Part shown: piece by piece, positions 1 to 9,925 of the stretch | Position numbering within the stretch: position 1 is the stretch's first letter | How the letters are laid out: each line of letters opens with the position of its first letter | Origin: a virus | Taxonomy: Duplodnaviria; Caudoviricetes | Reading direction: 5' to 3' (one strand) | IMG/VR virus record: IMGVR_UViG_3300006734_000007 | Span: 1,907 to 65,906 of that record | Length of the DNA stretch: 64,000 bases | The notes under the pieces: model-generated | Told to the model about the DNA's origin: nothing | The model's database searches: none | The model's input: the letters and a program-made list of their open reading frames with translations, nothing else | Translations under genes and position numbers: made by a program

Positions 1-336
1 GGATATGAAGGATCAATAATTAGATATGGTAATACAGGATATCAAATGAATAAACGTAGCGCATTTTTATTAAAGCATAAAGACTTTATAGATGAAGCTT
101 GTAGTATTATTGATGTTATTCCTTCAGAAGCTAGGCCTGATCAAGGTGTTTTAGTATGTACATTAAATGGAAAAACTTTTAAAGCTAATTTAAAATTTTC
201 TCATGATGAACGTGCTGAAATATTAAGTAATAAATCTAAATATATTGAAAAAGTTGCAGAAATTAGATTTTTTGAATATACTGATGATGGTATACCAAGA
301 TTCCCAGTTTGTGTAGGTTTTAGATTAGATAAATAA
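1..336 (+). CDS. ATP-dependent DNA ligase, C-terminal part (5' truncated by window edge)
   Basis: Frame 1 is open from base 1: GYEGSIIR (motif IV), KRSAFLLKHK (motif V), then an OB domain ending GIPRFPV. The Met at 46 is internal. Confidence 0.88.
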   Translation, partial: GYEGSIIRYGNTGYQMNKRSAFLLKHKDFIDEACSIIDVIPSEARPDQGVLVCTLNGKTFKANLKFSHDERAEILSNKSKYIEKVAEIRFFEYTDDGIPRFPVCVGFRLDK

Positions 337-342
337 ACAAAT

Positions 343-576
343 ATGTCAAAATCTCATGATAAATTTATTACAATTTGTATAAAATTTAAAGATCCTAAAA
401 ATTTAAAATATGTACTTAGTGAAATTCCTCATCAAGTACAATATGGATATAAATTTTATAGAGTTCAAATAAATGACGTTTTAATTGAATGGAGTTTAGA
501 TTCTTTAAACGAGCAAGATTATGAGGAAAAGATTATAGACAATAAAATTCATCACATATATAAATCAAAAATGTAA
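343..576 (+). CDS. hypothetical protein
   Basis: 77-aa ORF packed between neighbours, with an A-rich start context. Confidence 0.65.
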   Translation: MSKSHDKFITICIKFKDPKNLKYVLSEIPHQVQYGYKFYRVQINDVLIEWSLDSLNEQDYEEKIIDNKIHHIYKSKM

Positions 577-577
577 T

Positions 578-1165
578 ATGAAAGAAATGTTTAATATTCT
601 GATTAGGCATAATTTAACACCTAATCAATTCTATTATCTATGGTCAATAAAAGAAAATGTAACTGCTCCAAAAATTAATACTTCTCAAGAACATAGAATA
701 TTAAAAAGACAAGGTTGGATTGACGACAATAATAAACTTACTGATAAAAGTTTTCAAATATTGAAAAATATTGAAGGATTTTTTAAAGCAAGAATTAAAA
801 AAACATCTGATCAAATTCTAGGTAATAACTATGATGCAATGCTTGAAAAATACAATAATTTATTTCCTAAACGTAGATTACCTAGTGGTAAATCAGCTAG
901 ATCTGCCAAAGGTAATTTAGAGCCGGCTTTTAGATGGTTTTTTCAAAATTATAATTATGATTGGGAAACTATATTTAAAGCTACAGCAATGTATTTAGAT
1001 GAGCGAGAATTAGCTAATTGGAATTTTACACAAAATTCTCAATATTTTGTTCGTAAACAAAATACAGATAAAACATGGGCATCTTCTTTAGCAGATTTTT
1101 GTATGCAAATTGAAGATGGTCTTGATACTGACAATAAAAATCATTTTAGTGAAAAAGTTTTTTAA
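578..1165 (+). CDS. conserved phage protein upstream of helicase (possible winged-helix replication/helicase-loader protein)
   Basis: 195 aa. N-terminal LTPNQFYYL...LKRQGWID...LTDK looks winged-helix-like; sits just before DnaB. Function inferred only. Confidence 0.55.
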   Translation: MKEMFNILIRHNLTPNQFYYLWSIKENVTAPKINTSQEHRILKRQGWIDDNNKLTDKSFQILKNIEGFFKARIKKTSDQILGNNYDAMLEKYNNLFPKRRLPSGKSARSAKGNLEPAFRWFFQNYNYDWETIFKATAMYLDERELANWNFTQNSQYFVRKQNTDKTWASSLADFCMQIEDGLDTDNKNHFSEKVF

Positions 1166-1322
1166 TGAAAGATTTTTACTTGCAATAGTCTCTAGTTTAT
1201 TAGGATATTTCTTAATAAAACTAATATTACCAAATATTCATTTTATTGAATATTTTGCAATAGAATTTATATTGATAAATATTAATAAATTATATATATT
1301 TGCATGTAACAAACCAAATTAA
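1110..1322 (+). CDS. small hydrophobic membrane protein (true start probably GTG near 1150)
   Basis: Two hydrophobic stretches (FLLAIVSSLLGYFLIKLIL, YFAIEFILINI); fills the gap before the helicase. Confidence 0.4.
   Translation: MKMVLILTIKIILVKKFFNERFLLAIVSSLLGYFLIKLILPNIHFIEYFAIEFILININKLYIFACNKPN
1272..1304 (+). promoter_or_regulatory. Bacteroidota-type housekeeping promoter (-33 TTG / -7 TAnnTTTG)
   Basis: TTG at 1272-1274, 20-bp spacer, TATATTTGCA at 1295-1304, 33 nt before the helicase ATG. Confidence 0.65.
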
Positions 1323-1337
1323 TTTTTACCCTTTTTA

Positions 1338-2324
1338 ATGGCTTGGAAATCACAAAAAACAGCCTATGAAGAATCACTGTCTTATTTAAAAGGTCGCAAA
1401 TTAGGCAGGATAACTAGTTTAAAAACTCCGTGGCAAAAACTTAACAGTGCTACTGTTAATGGATTTGAATGGCATTCAATGAATGTTATTGGCGGTAGAC
1501 CTGGTACAGGTAAAACTTTATTAAAAGATCTAATTGTAAATGGTGCATTTAAATTAAATGCAGGTGAAAATTTTAGAGTACTAGAATTTTCATTAGAAAT
1601 GCTAGGTAAAAATACTGCTATACGTAGTTATTCAGCTCACTTAAAAAGATCTTATAAATATTTATGTAGTGCAGAAGGCACATTATCAGATGAAGATTTT
1701 AATTCTTGTGTAGAATATGCAAGAAATGCAATTAAAAATCCAATTGATATTGTAGAATCTGCACCTACAGTAAATTATTTACAAGAAATTATAGAAAATT
1801 ACATGGAGCAACATGCTTCATTAGAAACAACAAACACATCTAAAGCAACAAAAAAATATACCAATACAATAATCACTATTGATCATTCAATATTAATTAA
1901 ATGTGAGTCAAGACAATCACGTAATGATATGTTATTTGATCTTGGTGAAACATTAACAAGTTTAAAAAGAAAATATCCAATAATATTTATAATACTTAGT
2001 CAATTAAATCGAAACATAGATCAACCAGAAAGAAATGAAGATGGTAAATATGGCAATTATGTATTAGAATCTGATATATTTGGTGCTGATGCTTTACTGC
2101 AACATGCAGATACAGTAATTGGTTTAAATAGACCTGGCAAACAAAAAATTAGATTTTATGGCCCAGATCGTTATATCATTGAAAGTGATAGAATATTAGT
2201 AATGCATTTTCTTAAATGTAGATATGGCGAAGGCGGTTTAGCTTTCTTTGAAGCTGCATATGAACATATGTCAATTAATGAAATTGCAACGCCTCCTCAA
2301 CAAGAATCACGTAGTAAATTATAA
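1338..2324 (+). CDS. dnaB: replicative SF4 (DnaB-like) helicase, C-terminal ATPase domain only
   Basis: Walker A GGRPGTGKT, FSLEM, ITIDH (Walker B), LSQLNR, SDIFGADALLQHADTV, LKCRYG. Confidence 0.92.
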   Translation: MAWKSQKTAYEESLSYLKGRKLGRITSLKTPWQKLNSATVNGFEWHSMNVIGGRPGTGKTLLKDLIVNGAFKLNAGENFRVLEFSLEMLGKNTAIRSYSAHLKRSYKYLCSAEGTLSDEDFNSCVEYARNAIKNPIDIVESAPTVNYLQEIIENYMEQHASLETTNTSKATKKYTNTIITIDHSILIKCESRQSRNDMLFDLGETLTSLKRKYPIIFIILSQLNRNIDQPERNEDGKYGNYVLESDIFGADALLQHADTVIGLNRPGKQKIRFYGPDRYIIESDRILVMHFLKCRYGEGGLAFFEAAYEHMSINEIATPPQQESRSKL

Positions 2325-2335
2325 TAAGTAAATAT

Positions 2336-2875
2336 ATGACAGAAACAAAAAAAAAGTTAACACCTAAAGAGCGGAAAGAAATGACTGCAACTTTAAGAAT
2401 TCATCAACAACCTATCTTTGATAATCTAGGTATTAGTGATGCTATTTATATTCCTAAAATGGCACACTATGTTAGTGGATTAGATGGTTTAAATATGGGA
2501 TTCTTTGAAAGTGAGTTAGATCATGGACAAGATGTTTATACAGAAAAAGTTAGTTCTTCTATGGAATCAGAAGATCCTGATAGAGTATTGTATAAAATAC
2601 CATATAATCCGCATTTTAAAGATGAATATGAAACATCTGAACCACTTTCTAATGGAAATGTAAGGTATTTTATACCTGTAGATGAAATGATTGTAGTAGA
2701 TACTAATATGACAATTAATGAAAATGAATTTAATTTTATGGATCCTGATCAAGATAGAGCAATGGATCAATTGTCTATAAGAGATCTTGCTGCAATTTTA
2801 TGGAAAAGACCGGTAAGTCAAAAACCGTGGTTAAACAATTTAATTAAAAAAGAATTTAATAAGAATGGCAACTAG
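2336..2875 (+). CDS. hypothetical protein
   Basis: 179-aa ORF overlapping the next start; no motif recognised. Confidence 0.7.
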   Translation: MTETKKKLTPKERKEMTATLRIHQQPIFDNLGISDAIYIPKMAHYVSGLDGLNMGFFESELDHGQDVYTEKVSSSMESEDPDRVLYKIPYNPHFKDEYETSEPLSNGNVRYFIPVDEMIVVDTNMTINENEFNFMDPDQDRAMDQLSIRDLAAILWKRPVSQKPWLNNLIKKEFNKNGN

Positions 2876-3548
2876 TATTTTAATTATTGGAGAATCTGGA
2901 TCAGGAAAATCTACTGCTGGTAGAAACTTAGATCCAAAAGAAACATTTTGGATAAATGTAGCTAACAAACCATTACCTTTTAAAGGTTGGAAAGGAAAAT
3001 ATCCTTTATTTGATAGCAAAAATAAAGAAGGTCATATCTCAAGTGTAGATAAACCTCATCAAATTTTAAATGTCTTGCAATATATTAATGACAGCCGTGA
3101 AGACATTAAAAATATTATTATTGATGATTGGCAATATATGTCTGCATTTGAATTCTTTGATCGTGCTGATGAAAGAGGTTATGATAAATTCACAGATATT
3201 GGTAAATGGCTAACCGCTGTTGCAAAAAAACCAATTGAAATGCGTGATGATATTAAAATATTCTTTTTAACACATGCAGAAGAAGCATATGATCAAACAG
3301 GTAAACGCAAAACAAAAGCAAAAACTATTGGAAAAATGGTTGATGAAAAACTAACCTTAGAAGGTTTGTTTTCTATTGTTTTATTTGCCAAAGTAAAGCG
3401 TACAGATGATGGAACATTAAATTATGTTTTTGAAACTGTAAACAACGGAAACAATACATGTAAAACACCAATGGGTATGTTTGAAAAAGAAACAATACCT
3501 AATGATTTAAATTTAGTTAAAGAAGCAATTGAAAATTACGAAAATTAA
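2865..3548 (+). CDS. AAA_24 / Sak4-like P-loop ATPase (recombination/annealing)
   Basis: ILIIGESGSGKST, INVANKPLPF, IIIDDWQY, GYDKF, KTIGKM, KTPMGMF. Confidence 0.85.
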   Translation: MATSILIIGESGSGKSTAGRNLDPKETFWINVANKPLPFKGWKGKYPLFDSKNKEGHISSVDKPHQILNVLQYINDSREDIKNIIIDDWQYMSAFEFFDRADERGYDKFTDIGKWLTAVAKKPIEMRDDIKIFFLTHAEEAYDQTGKRKTKAKTIGKMVDEKLTLEGLFSIVLFAKVKRTDDGTLNYVFETVNNGNNTCKTPMGMFEKETIPNDLNLVKEAIENYEN

Positions 3549-3553
3549 AAATT

Positions 3554-4285
3554 ATGATTAACACAACTAACATTGAAACAAACTCAGGAAACGGAAATGA
3601 AAACTTTATTAGTCCAGTTTTAAAACCAGGAAATCAAGTAATTAAAATTAATTATCTTAAATATGAAAAATTTGAATTTCAAGATGATGCTCATAATCTT
3701 ATGTTATATTGTGAGGGTCCAAAACTTGAAAATGGTTTTGAAGGTTGGATGATTGATAAAAACCGTCCAGAACTAGGAAAAGCTTCTGGTCAAGTAGGTA
3801 GAGTAAGAGCAACTAAATGGCCTTTAATTAATGGTTTAGATAGTAGTGGTATAAATCATAATAAAGATGCTGAAATCTTAAGTTTAATTAAACATTTATG
3901 TGATGCTACGGGATCAGAAAAATGGTTAATTAGTCAAAATGAAAAACATGAAACTGTATTAGAATTACTAAATGCATTTATTAATGATGAACCATTTAAA
4001 GATAAATGGTTAAGAGCATGTTTAGCTACTAAAAAATACTATAATAAAGATGGTTATCTAAATGATGATCTTTATCTACCTGGATTTGTATCTAGTAAAA
4101 AAACCAATAATTTATTATATACTCCATTAGAATTACAAGAAACTTCTGATGAAAATAGTAAAATAATTGAGTTTGATACTAAATATCATGAATATATTCC
4201 TAAAAAGAAACAAGAAAAAGAAATAGATTCTTTTCAAGCTGGACAAGGTAATGCTGATGATCTATTAAATGTAGATTTAGGTTAA
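3554..4285 (+). CDS. probable single-stranded DNA-binding protein
   Basis: Follows the AAA_24 ATPase, the usual position for a phage SSB; beta-rich core and short acidic/hydrophobic tail (DDLLNVDLG). Confidence 0.5.
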   Translation: MINTTNIETNSGNGNENFISPVLKPGNQVIKINYLKYEKFEFQDDAHNLMLYCEGPKLENGFEGWMIDKNRPELGKASGQVGRVRATKWPLINGLDSSGINHNKDAEILSLIKHLCDATGSEKWLISQNEKHETVLELLNAFINDEPFKDKWLRACLATKKYYNKDGYLNDDLYLPGFVSSKKTNNLLYTPLELQETSDENSKIIEFDTKYHEYIPKKKQEKEIDSFQAGQGNADDLLNVDLG

Positions 4286-4305
4286 TTACAATTATTTGAA
4301 TATAT

Positions 4306-4340
4306 TAAGGGTCCTAATTAATTTTAGGGCCCTTATTTAT
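4306..4340 (+). terminator. hairpin, probable intrinsic terminator
   Basis: TAAGGGTCCTAA/TTAGGGCCCTTA 12-bp stem (one G-U pair) followed by TTTAT; intergenic. Confidence 0.65.
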
Positions 4341-4350
4341 TCCAATTAAT

Positions 4351-5304
4351 ATGATTAAGACTGACTTTTATTTAGAAGATATATCACCTCTATGGATATT
4401 TGAATATTATTGCCAATTACCAGAAAAGTTACACGGTCAAGATGTCAGAATCAAATCTAAATTTAACCCAGAAGAACAAAACAACTCAATGTTTATTTTC
4501 TATAAAGATGATAGATATTTATTTAAAGACTTTTCTACCGGTAATGGCGGTGATGCTGTAACATTAGTTATGAATTTATTCAAGCTAAGTTATTTAAACG
4601 CATTAGCAAAAATTAAATCTGATTATAAGAAATACCAAATTAATAATACTTATGAAGAAGAAAAGATAAAACCTGAATCAAAATTTCAAATTACAACATT
4701 TGAAAAAAGAAAATGGAATGTTTTAGATCAAAAATATTGGACACAGTTTAATATTGGATCTGAACTATTAGAAGAATATAATGTATATCCCTTAAAATCA
4801 TTTGTATTTAGTAAGAACGTTGATAACAAAATAATAGATATTAAAAACGAAGCAAACTATACATATGGTTACTTTAAATCAGATGGTACATTAGGCAAGA
4901 TTTATAAACCACATTCTAAATCTTTAAAGTTTATAAATGTAAATTCTTTTATACAAGGTGCTGATCAATTAAATTATGAAAAAGATAATTTAATAATATG
5001 CGCATCAATGAAAGATGGTTTAACATTAGTAAGCTTAGGTTTAAATGTAGAATTTATTGCACCTAGTAGTGAAAATACAACTATTCCAAGAAATTTCTTA
5101 TCTGCATTATCATTAAAATATAAATATATGTATACTTTATTTGATAATGACAATGCTGGTTATATTGCAGCGCAAAAGTATATTGAACGTTATAATATAC
5201 CAGGATTATGCCTCAATCTTTCTAAAGATATAGCTGATTCTATTGTAGATCATGGACCCAAGACTGTAAAAAATCAATTAAAAATTATAATACCAACATT
5301 ATGA
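4351..5304 (+). CDS. DnaG-type DNA primase (Toprim)
   Basis: Degenerate CHC2-like N-terminus (FKDFSTGNGGDAV), IICASMKD, APSSE, LFDNDNAG, SKDIAD. Confidence 0.85.
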   Translation: MIKTDFYLEDISPLWIFEYYCQLPEKLHGQDVRIKSKFNPEEQNNSMFIFYKDDRYLFKDFSTGNGGDAVTLVMNLFKLSYLNALAKIKSDYKKYQINNTYEEEKIKPESKFQITTFEKRKWNVLDQKYWTQFNIGSELLEEYNVYPLKSFVFSKNVDNKIIDIKNEANYTYGYFKSDGTLGKIYKPHSKSLKFINVNSFIQGADQLNYEKDNLIICASMKDGLTLVSLGLNVEFIAPSSENTTIPRNFLSALSLKYKYMYTLFDNDNAGYIAAQKYIERYNIPGLCLNLSKDIADSIVDHGPKTVKNQLKIIIPTL

Positions 5305-5744
5305 AAATACTATCATTAGATATTGCATCAACAACAGGCTGGTGTTTAGAAAAAGATATTTATGGTACTTGGGACTTTAAAACAAGAAGAGATGAATCAA
5401 TGGGAATGAAACTTATTAGATTTAGAGCTAAATTAAGAGAGATTCATCAGCTGGAAAATATAGATGTTATGATCTATGAAAGACCAGCAGGAAGACACGC
5501 ATCTTCTGTCATACATCAATCAAAACTTATTGCAGTAATGGAAGAGTTTTGTGAAGAAAACAGTATAGATTATAGATCTTATTCTGCTACTGAAATCAAA
5601 AAATTTGCAACAGGTAAAGGTAATGCTGGTAAACCAGCTATGATCCAAGCAGCAAAATTTACTTATGGTTATACTGGAAATGATGATAATGAAGCAGATG
5701 CTATTCATATGTGGCATTTATTTAAAAAAGAAATGAATTTATAA
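5301..5744 (+). CDS. RuvC-like Holliday junction resolvase
   Basis: ILSLDIAS-TGW, YERP, IKKFATGKGNAGK, DDNEADAI. Confidence 0.88.
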   Translation: MKILSLDIASTTGWCLEKDIYGTWDFKTRRDESMGMKLIRFRAKLREIHQLENIDVMIYERPAGRHASSVIHQSKLIAVMEEFCEENSIDYRSYSATEIKKFATGKGNAGKPAMIQAAKFTYGYTGNDDNEADAIHMWHLFKKEMNL

Positions 5745-6196
5745 TGAGTAAAAAAGAAACTATTAAAATTGATTATGAAAATTATAAAAATGTAAGAGAA
5801 TTATTAAAATCAAAAGATAAAAAATCTGTAGCAATGGGATTTATGATTTTAGAAAATGCAGATTTTAAAAAATCTTTACCTTTTATCTTAATGATGTTGC
5901 GTGATATTTATGAAACAAGTTTTACAAAAGAAACTTTTGTACAAAATGAATTAAATAAATATGCACCTAAATTATTAAAAACTTTATTAAGTTACTTTAA
6001 GAGTACTAATATAGATTCTGTAACTAAAATTTCTTATAATTTTATTAACAGTGTTGTATTAAATAGAAATTCTAAAGAAGAATTAGAATTTTTTTACAAC
6101 GTAATGGGTGAAAAATTTTCATCTATTTTAAAAACATATGGTTTTGACTATATGGATCAATTTGAGATTAAAATAACCCCTAAAACAAATGGATAG
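5744..6196 (+). CDS. helical protein related to the C-terminal domain of the 8738 and 9876 ORFs
   Basis: YKNVRELLKSKDKKSVAMGFMILENADF matches the motif in the two downstream genes. Confidence 0.7.
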   Translation: MSKKETIKIDYENYKNVRELLKSKDKKSVAMGFMILENADFKKSLPFILMMLRDIYETSFTKETFVQNELNKYAPKLLKTLLSYFKSTNIDSVTKISYNFINSVVLNRNSKEELEFFYNVMGEKFSSILKTYGFDYMDQFEIKITPKTNG

Positions 6197-7520
6197 AAAA
6201 CAATCATTAGCAAGAACTACTAAAGAGTTAATGCTAAAAGAACCATTTTATGGTTTCTTTTTAATTAGTATGAACAAACAGTGGTCAGACAAAATTAGTA
6301 CAGCAGGAGTTAGTAAACAAGGTATTAATACTCAACTTACTATAAATCCTACATTCTGGGAAAATTTATCAGCAGAATACAAATTAGGTATTTTAAAACA
6401 TGAATTATTACATATTGCATTTCAACATTTAGTTTTAAGAGATAAATACACAGATAAAAAGCTATTTAATATTGCTGCAGATCTAGAAATCAATCAATAT
6501 ATTGATCGTCAATATTTACCTGGTGGTAACTATCCTAATAAAGAAATGTATCAAGCTGATGTAAAAATTTATATGGATAATGTAAAATCTAAATTTGATT
6601 CTGGACAAATTGATGAAGATCAAGCAAGACAAGAATATGCAAAAGTTCCATCAAGAGCTTTATTCTTAGAAGACTTTCATGAACTGAATTTAGATAAAAA
6701 AGCTGGTACAAATTACTATTACAAAAAACTAAAAGAATCTATGGATTGTAATGGTAATAGCACTTGTGAAGCTTTAAATCAAGCAATGAATGCTCAAGGT
6801 AATAGTAATGCTCAAGGTAACGAAACTGGAGAACCTCATTGGTCACATGAAAACTGGAAAGATTTTGATGATTTGAGTGAAGCTGAAAAGAAAATGGTTC
6901 AAAAGCAAATTGAATATCAATTAAAAGAAGCTGTTGCTCAAACTAAAAGCCGTGGAACAATTCCAGGAGCATTGAAAAATCTAATTGATGCATTATTTGA
7001 AGAAGAGCCACCTAAATTTGATTGGAAATCTTATTTAAGAAGATTTACAGGTGGATCTATTAAAATCTTTACAAAGAAAACTAGACGTAAATTAAGTCGC
7101 CGTTATCCGGGAAATCCAGGTTTGAGAATAAAACCTAAAAATCATGTATTAGTTGCAATAGATACATCAGGATCTGTTAGTAATGATGAACTTACAGAAT
7201 TTTTTCATGAAATACATCACATGTATAAAACAGGATCTGATATAACTGTGATTCAATGTGATACACAGATTAGTTCTATTGTAGAATACAAAAAACCAGA
7301 TGATGGTAAAATTCAAATTACAGGACGTGGTGGTACTAGCTTTCAACCTGTAATTGATTATTATAATGAACATCATAGAAAATTTTCAAGTCTTGTATAT
7401 TTTACAGATGGTGAAGCTCCCTCTCCATCTAAACCGCGTGGTAAAACCCTATGGGTATTAAGCACAACATCACATGAATGTGATCATTTACCAGGAGCAA
7501 CAATAAAATTAGAATTATAA
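6189..7520 (+). CDS. DUF2201-type metallopeptidase-like domain + vWA domain protein
   Basis: HELLH, FNIAADLEINQ, MIDAS DTSGS, QCDT, GRGGTSF, YFTDG. Confidence 0.9.
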   Translation: MDRKQSLARTTKELMLKEPFYGFFLISMNKQWSDKISTAGVSKQGINTQLTINPTFWENLSAEYKLGILKHELLHIAFQHLVLRDKYTDKKLFNIAADLEINQYIDRQYLPGGNYPNKEMYQADVKIYMDNVKSKFDSGQIDEDQARQEYAKVPSRALFLEDFHELNLDKKAGTNYYYKKLKESMDCNGNSTCEALNQAMNAQGNSNAQGNETGEPHWSHENWKDFDDLSEAEKKMVQKQIEYQLKEAVAQTKSRGTIPGALKNLIDALFEEEPPKFDWKSYLRRFTGGSIKIFTKKTRRKLSRRYPGNPGLRIKPKNHVLVAIDTSGSVSNDELTEFFHEIHHMYKTGSDITVIQCDTQISSIVEYKKPDDGKIQITGRGGTSFQPVIDYYNEHHRKFSSLVYFTDGEAPSPSKPRGKTLWVLSTTSHECDHLPGATIKLEL

Positions 7521-7546
7521 TTAACCTAAATTAAATTAATTTAAAA

Positions 7547-8734
7547 ATGAGTAATCAAGTATCTCTAAACATTAAAGAAGTAAAAGGATTTCTAAACCAC
7601 ATTATTGTAAATAATAGACATTTACAAAATGCTGGTAAAAATTTAGTTTCAACTGAAGTAGTTGGTGAATCTGGTATTGGTAAGACATCAACTGTTTTAC
7701 AACTTGCTGATGAATTAGGTCTAAACTTTGTAAAATTAAATTTAGCACAAATCGAAGAATTGGGTGATCTTATTGGATTTCCTATTCGTCAGTTTCAAAT
7801 GGCTAAACAAAATGAAGAAGGAAAGTGGATTACTTCATGGGCAGATGAACATCTTTTAGATTCTTATAAAGAAAAAGGATACAAAGCTACAGGTAAATCA
7901 CAAATGTCCTATTGTCCACCAGAATGGATTGCAGGAAAAACCGGCGGTGGTATTTTATTATTAGATGACTGGAACCGTGCAGACATTAGATTTATTCAAG
8001 CAGTTATGGAATTAGTAGACAGACAAGAATATATTTCTTGGAAACTACCACAAGATTGGCATATTATCTTAACATCAAATCCTGATAATGGAGATTATAT
8101 GGTTCAATCTATTGACTCAGCTCAAAGAACTAGATTTATTACAGTAAATCTAAAATTTGATGTAGATGTTTGGGCTAAATGGGCTGAAACAGAAGGTATT
8201 GACGGTAGATGTATTAATTTCTTATTAATGCACCCTGAACTAGTAACACAAGAAACTAATGCTCGTAGTATTACTACATTCTTTAATGCAATTAGCTCTT
8301 TTGAAAACTTTAGTGAAAAGCTACCTATGATCCAAATGATCGGTGAAGGTTCTGTAGGACCTGAATTTGCATCAATGTTTACACAATTTATTCATAATAA
8401 ACTGGATCAACTTATTAGTCCTAAAGACATGTTGTTAAAATCTGATACAGATCAAATGTTGCAACAAGTTAAAGGAACAATTGGAATTGGTGATAATTAT
8501 CGTGCAGATATTGCAAGTGTATTATCTACACGTTTAGCAAACTTTGCAGTAGTATATTCTCAAAAGAATACTATTGATCAAAAGATTATTGATCGTTTGA
8601 TTAAATATACAACAGAAGATCTGTTTGCAAATGATCTTAAGTATATGATTGCCAGAGATATTGTAAATGGTAACAAACAAAAATTCCAAAAAATGATGAT
8701 GAATCCAGAAGTTGTTAAAATGGTAACTCAATAA
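7547..8734 (+). CDS. MoxR-like AAA+ ATPase
   Basis: GESGIGKT, EELGDLIGFP, LLLDDWNRA, LTSNP, DSAQRTRF; adjacent to the vWA gene. Confidence 0.9.
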   Translation: MSNQVSLNIKEVKGFLNHIIVNNRHLQNAGKNLVSTEVVGESGIGKTSTVLQLADELGLNFVKLNLAQIEELGDLIGFPIRQFQMAKQNEEGKWITSWADEHLLDSYKEKGYKATGKSQMSYCPPEWIAGKTGGGILLLDDWNRADIRFIQAVMELVDRQEYISWKLPQDWHIILTSNPDNGDYMVQSIDSAQRTRFITVNLKFDVDVWAKWAETEGIDGRCINFLLMHPELVTQETNARSITTFFNAISSFENFSEKLPMIQMIGEGSVGPEFASMFTQFIHNKLDQLISPKDMLLKSDTDQMLQQVKGTIGIGDNYRADIASVLSTRLANFAVVYSQKNTIDQKIIDRLIKYTTEDLFANDLKYMIARDIVNGNKQKFQKMMMNPEVVKMVTQ

Positions 8735-8737
8735 TTC

Positions 8738-9925
8738 ATGGAAAAATTATTTGAATTTAATGAATCAAATATTACAAAGCTCTCTTTTGATAGAGAGCTT
8801 TGTTCTTATTTGTACTATAGTGAAACTACTGGTACAAATCTTGGAAAAATATTTTTAGTATCTAAAGATGTATTTCTTAAAGTATCTAAAATCTTAAAAG
8901 GTACTGAAGACTATGATATAAAACCTAAAGACCGGGTTTATATTATGCCTGGTAACAGTATGCCTCTAAATAGATTGAAAACTTATATTAAATCTAAAAA
9001 AGCATATGTTACAACAGAAATAGAAAAAGCAACTGTATTTTTAAGTGGCGGTAAAATAATAAATGATATAAATGATCAGAATTATCAAAATTCACTTAAC
9101 TGCTTATTATTAAAATTGCATGAAATAGGCGGAATGTTATATAAAAATCGTCCTGATGATTTTGAAAATTTTTATGAAAATTCATTAAGTGGAATGCTTA
9201 TAAATAGAGATTTGCAGACTATAAAAGAAGATTATAATGAAAAAGATATTTCTATTTATTTATCTAAAAGGTCAATAATAGAAAAATTTGGTTGGAATGC
9301 ATATATTAATGATTCTGAATCAGATTATGCTATGTATCCAATTGCATTAGATATTCTATACTATGCTTTAAGTAGAAAAATTCCTATTATTTCTCAAGAA
9401 TATCTTGATGACAATGCTCACTCAAAATTAGATCTTTCTATTGAAGAAAACTATCAAAATATTAATATGATGTTAGATTCAAATGATCGAGATAATAGAG
9501 AAATGGGAAGAGAATTATTATATCATTCTAATTTTCAAGATGCACATCTTAATTTATATAGATTAGCACAAGATCATTATGATGTAATTCAAAGTAGTCG
9601 ATCTAAAAACTGTAAATATTTTTTAGATGCTAGTAATCTATATGACTTAGCTTGTAGAGATGTTTGTACTTTTATAAGCGATTTATATCATGCAGAAAAA
9701 TTGAATAAAGAAACACTAAATAAACTTTTAAATAATCTTTTTGAATATGCAAATCAATACGGAAGAGAAGATAGTGAAGTTGAATTAGTTTTTGAACCAA
9801 TTGATGATTATGAAAATGGTATATCAGGTCTTAAATTAAAAGAAGAATATTTAAATATATTAAAAGAAAATAATAATGAAAAAGAGAATAGTAATCAAAG
9901 AGTTGATTCAAAATGTAAAATATGA
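8738..9925 (+). CDS. hypothetical protein with BRCT-like N-terminal segment and helical C-terminal domain
   Basis: RVYIMPGNSMPLNRLKTYIKSKKAYVTTEIEKATVFL resembles a BRCT beta-alpha-beta unit; paralogous to the next gene. Confidence 0.65.
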   Translation: MEKLFEFNESNITKLSFDRELCSYLYYSETTGTNLGKIFLVSKDVFLKVSKILKGTEDYDIKPKDRVYIMPGNSMPLNRLKTYIKSKKAYVTTEIEKATVFLSGGKIINDINDQNYQNSLNCLLLKLHEIGGMLYKNRPDDFENFYENSLSGMLINRDLQTIKEDYNEKDISIYLSKRSIIEKFGWNAYINDSESDYAMYPIALDILYYALSRKIPIISQEYLDDNAHSKLDLSIEENYQNINMMLDSNDRDNREMGRELLYHSNFQDAHLNLYRLAQDHYDVIQSSRSKNCKYFLDASNLYDLACRDVCTFISDLYHAEKLNKETLNKLLNNLFEYANQYGREDSEVELVFEPIDDYENGISGLKLKEEYLNILKENNNEKENSNQRVDSKCKI

